The notes below the pieces were generated by a model that had not been told where the DNA came from, ran no database searches, and worked only from the letters and a program-made list of their open reading frames with translations. DNA of 20,000 nt from an uncultured virus (IMG/VR IMGVR_UViG_3300044655_001909) (lineage: Duplodnaviria; Heunggongvirae; Uroviricota; Caudoviricetes), in IMG/VR virus record IMGVR_UViG_3300044655_001909, one strand, 5' to 3'. Position numbers and translations under genes: made by a program. How positions within the stretch are numbered: position 1 is the stretch's first letter; every line of letters begins with the position of its first letter. Shown piece after piece: positions 16,866-20,000 of this stretch.

Positions 16866-16997
16866 ATGGAAGAAATAACAATACAATGCCAATCATGTTA
16901 TGAACCATTCGACACTTTATATGTGGTGAACGATGGTCTGCCTTACGACTTTTGCTGCTCTAGTGGAACTCTCGAAGAGTATGAAGTGTTACAATGA
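16866..16997 (+). CDS. 43-aa Cys-rich micro-protein, possible zinc ribbon (MEEITIQCQSCYEPFDTLYVVNDGLPYDFCCSSGTLEEYEVLQ)
   Basis: Own translation, below the ORF-track cutoff; CxxC...CC, ATGA overlap with the next ORF. Confidence 0.55.
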   Translation: MEEITIQCQSCYEPFDTLYVVNDGLPYDFCCSSGTLEEYEVLQ

Positions 16998-17037
16998 ATA
17001 CCATTCTGAACAGAATAGTGGAACTCTCGAAGAGTAT
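16961..17037 (+). repeat. two exact 22-nt direct repeats TAGTGGAACTCTCGAAGAGTAT (16961-16982, 17016-17037) separated by 33 nt
   Basis: Read directly; internal inverted repeat ACTCT-CGA-AGAGT. Confidence 0.9.
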
Positions 17038-17077
17038 AAGAGATAGAAAACTTAAAAATCTATTAGAAAGTAAATAA
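16994..17077 (+). CDS. 27-aa micro-protein MNTILNRIVELSKSIRDRKLKNLLESK (C-terminal motif family)
   Basis: Own translation; ATGA coupling and a strong match to the RDxKLxxLL motif. Confidence 0.6.
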   Translation: MNTILNRIVELSKSIRDRKLKNLLESK

Positions 17078-17114
17078 CTGGTAAATATACGAAAAATATG
17101 TGTAGCTACCAAAA

Positions 17115-17139
17115 GTGTATAAAATCCGGTTGTTTTTTA
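17115..17139 (+). repeat. copy 1 of the AAAATCCGnnnGTTTTTTA motif
   Basis: 22/25 identical to 17931-17955. Confidence 0.65.
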
Positions 17140-17273
17140 ATCAAATTTTAAGTTGATCCTATACGCACTTGTAAGGTTGTCACCAAAACCCTTTCTGAGG
17201 TTATTACATTTATTTGCAATTTGGTTTCAACAACGAACGGGTTTTAATATATAAAAGAAAAAGGAATCAGATT

Positions 17274-17459
17274 ATGTTTGAACGTGCGAAGAAAGGTTAT
17301 AAACCACCAAAACCCCAAAGACAACGAATACACTTCTCGCTTACCACGGAGCTCTTACAAGCGTTTGAAACCTATTGTGAGAAGAATGATTATAAGAGAA
17401 ACGAATTGATTGAATGTATCTTGGAGGAGTTTTTGAATAAGTATGGAAAGAAGAAATAG
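17274..17459 (+). CDS. ribbon-helix-helix (CopG/Arc-like) DNA-binding protein
   Basis: RIHFSL strand, helix ELLQAFETYCEK, turn, helix RNELIECILEEFL. ATG 17274 lies downstream of TAATATATA (17245-17253). Confidence 0.7.
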   Translation: MFERAKKGYKPPKPQRQRIHFSLTTELLQAFETYCEKNDYKRNELIECILEEFLNKYGKKK

Positions 17460-17556
17460 TGGGTTTCAAGTTTGGCCACCGCAGAAGGTTGTACCGAGGA
17501 AGGTGTTGGTAAGGATGTTAAAGATAAAAAAATTGTTTATATGGCGTTACCAATAG
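17443..17556 (+). CDS. 37-aa micro-protein MERRNSGFQVWPPQKVVPRKVLVRMLKIKKLFIWRYQ
   Basis: Own translation; overlaps both neighbours and carries RMLKIKKLF. Confidence 0.55.
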   Translation: MERRNSGFQVWPPQKVVPRKVLVRMLKIKKLFIWRYQ

Positions 17557-17669
17557 TTCTTTATTCTGAATGGTCTAAACGAGTTCATAGACCGACGAAT
17601 TTGAGGATAAGAAAGAACTCACGAATGAAAAAGACACTCTCTGTGAAACAGAGTATGAAGATTATATGA
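17541..17669 (+). CDS. 42-aa basic micro-protein MALPIVLYSEWSKRVHRPTNLRIRKNSRMKKTLSVKQSMKII
   Basis: ATG 17541 within ORF-track 17472..17669; fits the overlapping chain. Confidence 0.45.
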   Translation: MALPIVLYSEWSKRVHRPTNLRIRKNSRMKKTLSVKQSMKII

Positions 17670-17758
17670 ATTCAAATGCACATCTACCTGGTTGGAAAAA
17701 AAGAAGGTGTATGATAAGAAAGATGAAGATAATACATATTTTGAATGGAAAGACCTAG
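17666..17758 (+). CDS. 30-aa micro-protein MNSNAHLPGWKKRRCMIRKMKIIHILNGKT
   Basis: Own translation; ATGA overlap and motif RKMKIIHIL. Confidence 0.5.
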   Translation: MNSNAHLPGWKKRRCMIRKMKIIHILNGKT

Positions 17759-17918
17759 TGCAAAGCACTCTCTGCATTCGCAGAGTAAAAGAACACCTAA
17801 GCAGCATAAGATGTTGATGGAAAGGATAGTAAAGATTGTGAGGTTATTTAAACCTGATGATGGTAGCAGTTTTCCTGAATGGTTTACAAAGATAAGGAAT
17901 AGATATGAACCATTATAA
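17745..17918 (+). CDS. 57-aa micro-protein MERPSAKHSLHSQSKRTPKQHKMLMERIVKIVRLFKPDDGSSFPEWFTKIRNRYEPL
   Basis: Own translation; motif RIVKIVRLF, followed by a hairpin. Confidence 0.55.
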   Translation: MERPSAKHSLHSQSKRTPKQHKMLMERIVKIVRLFKPDDGSSFPEWFTKIRNRYEPL

Positions 17919-17928
17919 GTAATTTATT

Positions 17929-17962
17929 AGGTGTGTAAAATCCGTTCGTTTTTTACACACCT
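17929..17962. terminator. 12-bp stem-loop between convergent genes (AGGTGTGTAAAA / TTTTACACACCT); contains copy 2 of the AAAATCCG motif
   Basis: Perfect 12-bp inverted repeat with a 10-nt loop. Confidence 0.65.
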
Positions 17963-17970
17963 TTAACAAA

Positions 17971-18492
17971 TTAAAATGCGTATTGATCAAATGCTTTATA
18001 TCTTTCTCCTTCTTTATACTTATCAAATTTTACTCTTGTAGATGTACCGTTATAAATATATCCCTCGTTAAATTCTAAAATATATGTTATATTCCCATCT
18101 TTGTACGAGATTGATTCTTGATCAACTTCTAAAACTTCAAAGTCTTGACCATCTATTGTTATGTAATCATTATTAGGTTGATAGCTTAAACTAATGTTAC
18201 CTTGAACGGCAGTATTTATAAATTGTTGGGAATTAATAATATAATTTTCTCCTCCGGGGTTATAATATTTAAGTACTAATTCGCCATTTATCTGGAATCC
18301 TTTTTCAGGATTTATGTGTTTTTGTTTAACTACGTTTTCTATATTATCATCGGGTGTACATGATTGAAAAGGACTTCCAAGTAGACAAGCACCCATAGCA
18401 GCACCAATAATTGCTTTCTTGCCGAAGTTTGCTAAACCTTCGTTAGTTTCTTCACTTTGAGTGAAATTATTAAAATCGTTTAAATATTTCAT
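17971..18492 (-). CDS. leader-bearing, lipoprotein-like protein
   Basis: MKYLNDFNNF...TNE, then KK, hydrophobic AIIGAAMGACLLG, and FQSC. TAATATATA at 18514-18522 on -. Confidence 0.75.
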   Translation of the reverse strand: MKYLNDFNNFTQSEETNEGLANFGKKAIIGAAMGACLLGSPFQSCTPDDNIENVVKQKHINPEKGFQINGELVLKYYNPGGENYIINSQQFINTAVQGNISLSYQPNNDYITIDGQDFEVLEVDQESISYKDGNITYILEFNEGYIYNGTSTRVKFDKYKEGERYKAFDQYAF

Positions 18493-18588
18493 TTTTTTGA
18501 TTATATTTTTAATTATATATTATTATTTAAAAATAATTTTTCTTTTCAAGAGACACAAAAATTCTATGTTCATTTATGTTGTTATTGT

Positions 18589-19761
18589 TTATGCACTTAC
18601 GTTCCAACCCTTTGCTATTAATATTGTTCTAAGATTTGTTACTAATGCTGAATTTACATTGTTACTTAAAGATATCTCACCTCTTCCGGGAATAACAGAC
18701 ATAGCATTAGCCCATGGTTCAGATGCTACATATCCAGCTGTTGTCATTTGATTATCAGATAAACTCAAGTCTAATAATGAATTAGGTAATGCAATACTAG
18801 GATTAAATATAACTATTTGATTATAAAATAAAAATAAGCTTGTTAATGAATTAGGTAGAGCTATAGAAGGATCAAATGTAACAATATTATTACCAACTAA
18901 ATTTAATTCTAATAATGAATTAGGTAATGGAATAGAGGGATTGAATGTAACAATTTGGTTACCCTCTAAATTTAAGTTTTCTAATGAATTTGGAAGTGTA
19001 ACGGAAGGATCAAATGTAACTATTTGATTAGAGTTTAAAGATAACAATGTTAATCCACTTGGTAAAGCTGCTATTGGATTAAATACAACAATTTGATTAC
19101 TATTTAACGCTAAATTTTGTAATGAATTTGGTAACGGGAGTGTAGGATCAAATGTAACAATATAATTATTACCTAAACCTAATTCTAATAATGAATTAGG
19201 TAATGCAATACTAGGATTAAATATAACAATTTGATTAGTATCCAAATTTAAAGATGTTAATCCACTTGGTAAAGCAATACTAGGATTGAATGTAACAATA
19301 TAATTATTACCTAAACCTAATTCTAATAATGAATTAGGTAAAGCAATACTAGGATCGAACGTTAGAATTTGATTATATTCTAAACGTAAAGATTCTAATG
19401 AATTAGGTAATGCAATAAGTGGATTAAAAGTTACCATTAAATTACCATATAAATATAAATATTGTAATCCTATGATATTACCTATACTATTTACAACTGA
19501 AACTTCTGTATAAGCAAGATAAAAATCAGAACCATTAGCAGTAAGATTACATGTTAACGTGTTTCCTACTAATAGAAAATCTGTAATAACAACATCGGTT
19601 AAATTGTTTGTGTTACCATCGCCATCTTCACCACTTTCTAAAAATGATTTGAATGATGCCTCGTCTACAACAGCCGGTGTGGTTAAACTCCAGTTAGCAG
19701 TAATGTCAAAGTTAAATGGACTTGTACTTTTAAAACTTGTTCCTATTATTGATTGTATCAT
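18589..19761 (-). CDS. leucine-rich repeat protein with about 11 tandem 23-aa repeats (LPNSLxxLxLxxNQIVTFNPSIA)
   Basis: Repeats visible in protein and DNA (69-nt period). Start placed at ATG 19761 after AAATATATA (19766-19774 on -). Confidence 0.9.
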   Translation of the reverse strand: MIQSIIGTSFKSTSPFNFDITANWSLTTPAVVDEASFKSFLESGEDGDGNTNNLTDVVITDFLLVGNTLTCNLTANGSDFYLAYTEVSVVNSIGNIIGLQYLYLYGNLMVTFNPLIALPNSLESLRLEYNQILTFDPSIALPNSLLELGLGNNYIVTFNPSIALPSGLTSLNLDTNQIVIFNPSIALPNSLLELGLGNNYIVTFDPTLPLPNSLQNLALNSNQIVVFNPIAALPSGLTLLSLNSNQIVTFDPSVTLPNSLENLNLEGNQIVTFNPSIPLPNSLLELNLVGNNIVTFDPSIALPNSLTSLFLFYNQIVIFNPSIALPNSLLDLSLSDNQMTTAGYVASEPWANAMSVIPGRGEISLSNNVNSALVTNLRTILIAKGWNVSA

Positions 19762-19947
19762 ATTGTATATATTTAATATAGATATTAAAAAAATATAAAA
19801 GTAGTGTGAAGAACAAACTTTCATCTTTTGGCCAAGAACTTCACTCTCTCACTAGAGAGTAGGTTGGAGTCTACTCTACTAATCATATCAGCCCGTCATC
19901 CAGAACAAATATAAGGAGGTTATTCCATATAACCAAGTATAAATGCA

Positions 19948-19971
19948 AAAATCCGTGCGTTTTTTACACAC
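19948..19971 (+). repeat. copy 3 of the AAAATCCGnnnGTTTTTTA motif
   Basis: 23/24 identical to 17937-17960. Confidence 0.75.
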
Positions 19972-20000
19972 TTTATAATAAAACTTATCATTAGTGGTTC

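Noticed and set aside
16961..17037. CRISPR mini-array (repeat, 33-nt spacer, repeat)
   Set aside because: Only two 22-nt units, short for a CRISPR repeat; no cas genes in the window; the copies lie inside plausible micro-ORFs; and an inverted copy exists at 16224. Kept as a generic repeat, though a repeat-database search would be needed to exclude it fully.
17472..17807. ORF-track calls 17472..17669 (TTG start) and 17619..17807 (-)
   Set aside because: Better explained by the chain of ATG-started overlapping micro-ORFs on +; the minus ORF is an antisense shadow.
18461..19798. Plus-strand ORFs 18461..18751 and 19559..19798
   Set aside because: Antisense to well-supported genes or spanning AT-rich intergenic DNA.
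19837..19880. Further copy of the GGAACTCTCGA motif (hairpins ACTCTC/GAGAGT and AGAGTAG/CTACTCT)
   Set aside because: Similarity is partial and could be chance; the inverted repeats are real, but there is too little context at the window edge to interpret them.
1..20000. Stop-codon reassignment, as seen in some large phages
   Set aside because: Standard code gives near-complete coding density with intact ung, ATPase and endonuclease; TGA and TAG both end genes at sensible positions.

Overview
AT-rich, densely coding window that reads as part of a large T4-like/jumbo dsDNA phage genome, probably infecting a Bacteroidota host (inferred from several TAnnTTTG -7 promoter boxes). Recognisable genes are a GIY-YIG/NUMOD1 homing endonuclease, a P-loop ATPase, an S24/S26-like peptidase, a HAD hydrolase, a pterin-4a-carbinolamine dehydratase, a family-1 uracil-DNA glycosylase, a ribbon-helix-helix protein and a 23-aa LRR protein. 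The dominant feature is a ~7 kb translationally coupled tandem array (8213-15279, plus a satellite at 16236-16820) of 14 divergent paralogs of one unknown ~140-aa domain. Each begins with an M[KR][YH][LI]KxFxE leader resembling the T4 internal-protein capsid-targeting sequence, and the same leader is grafted onto unrelated proteins (the dehydratase, a lipoprotein-like protein). A second, non-overlapping set of small proteins, including unannotated 27-57 aa micro-ORFs, shares a C-terminal R-x-x-K-[IL]-x-x-[IL]-[LF] motif. A sharp C-rich to G-rich strand switch near 16.9-17.3 kb coincides with two families of short DNA repeats and an RHH gene, suggesting a replication origin. All functional calls come from reading motifs by eye; no searches were run.
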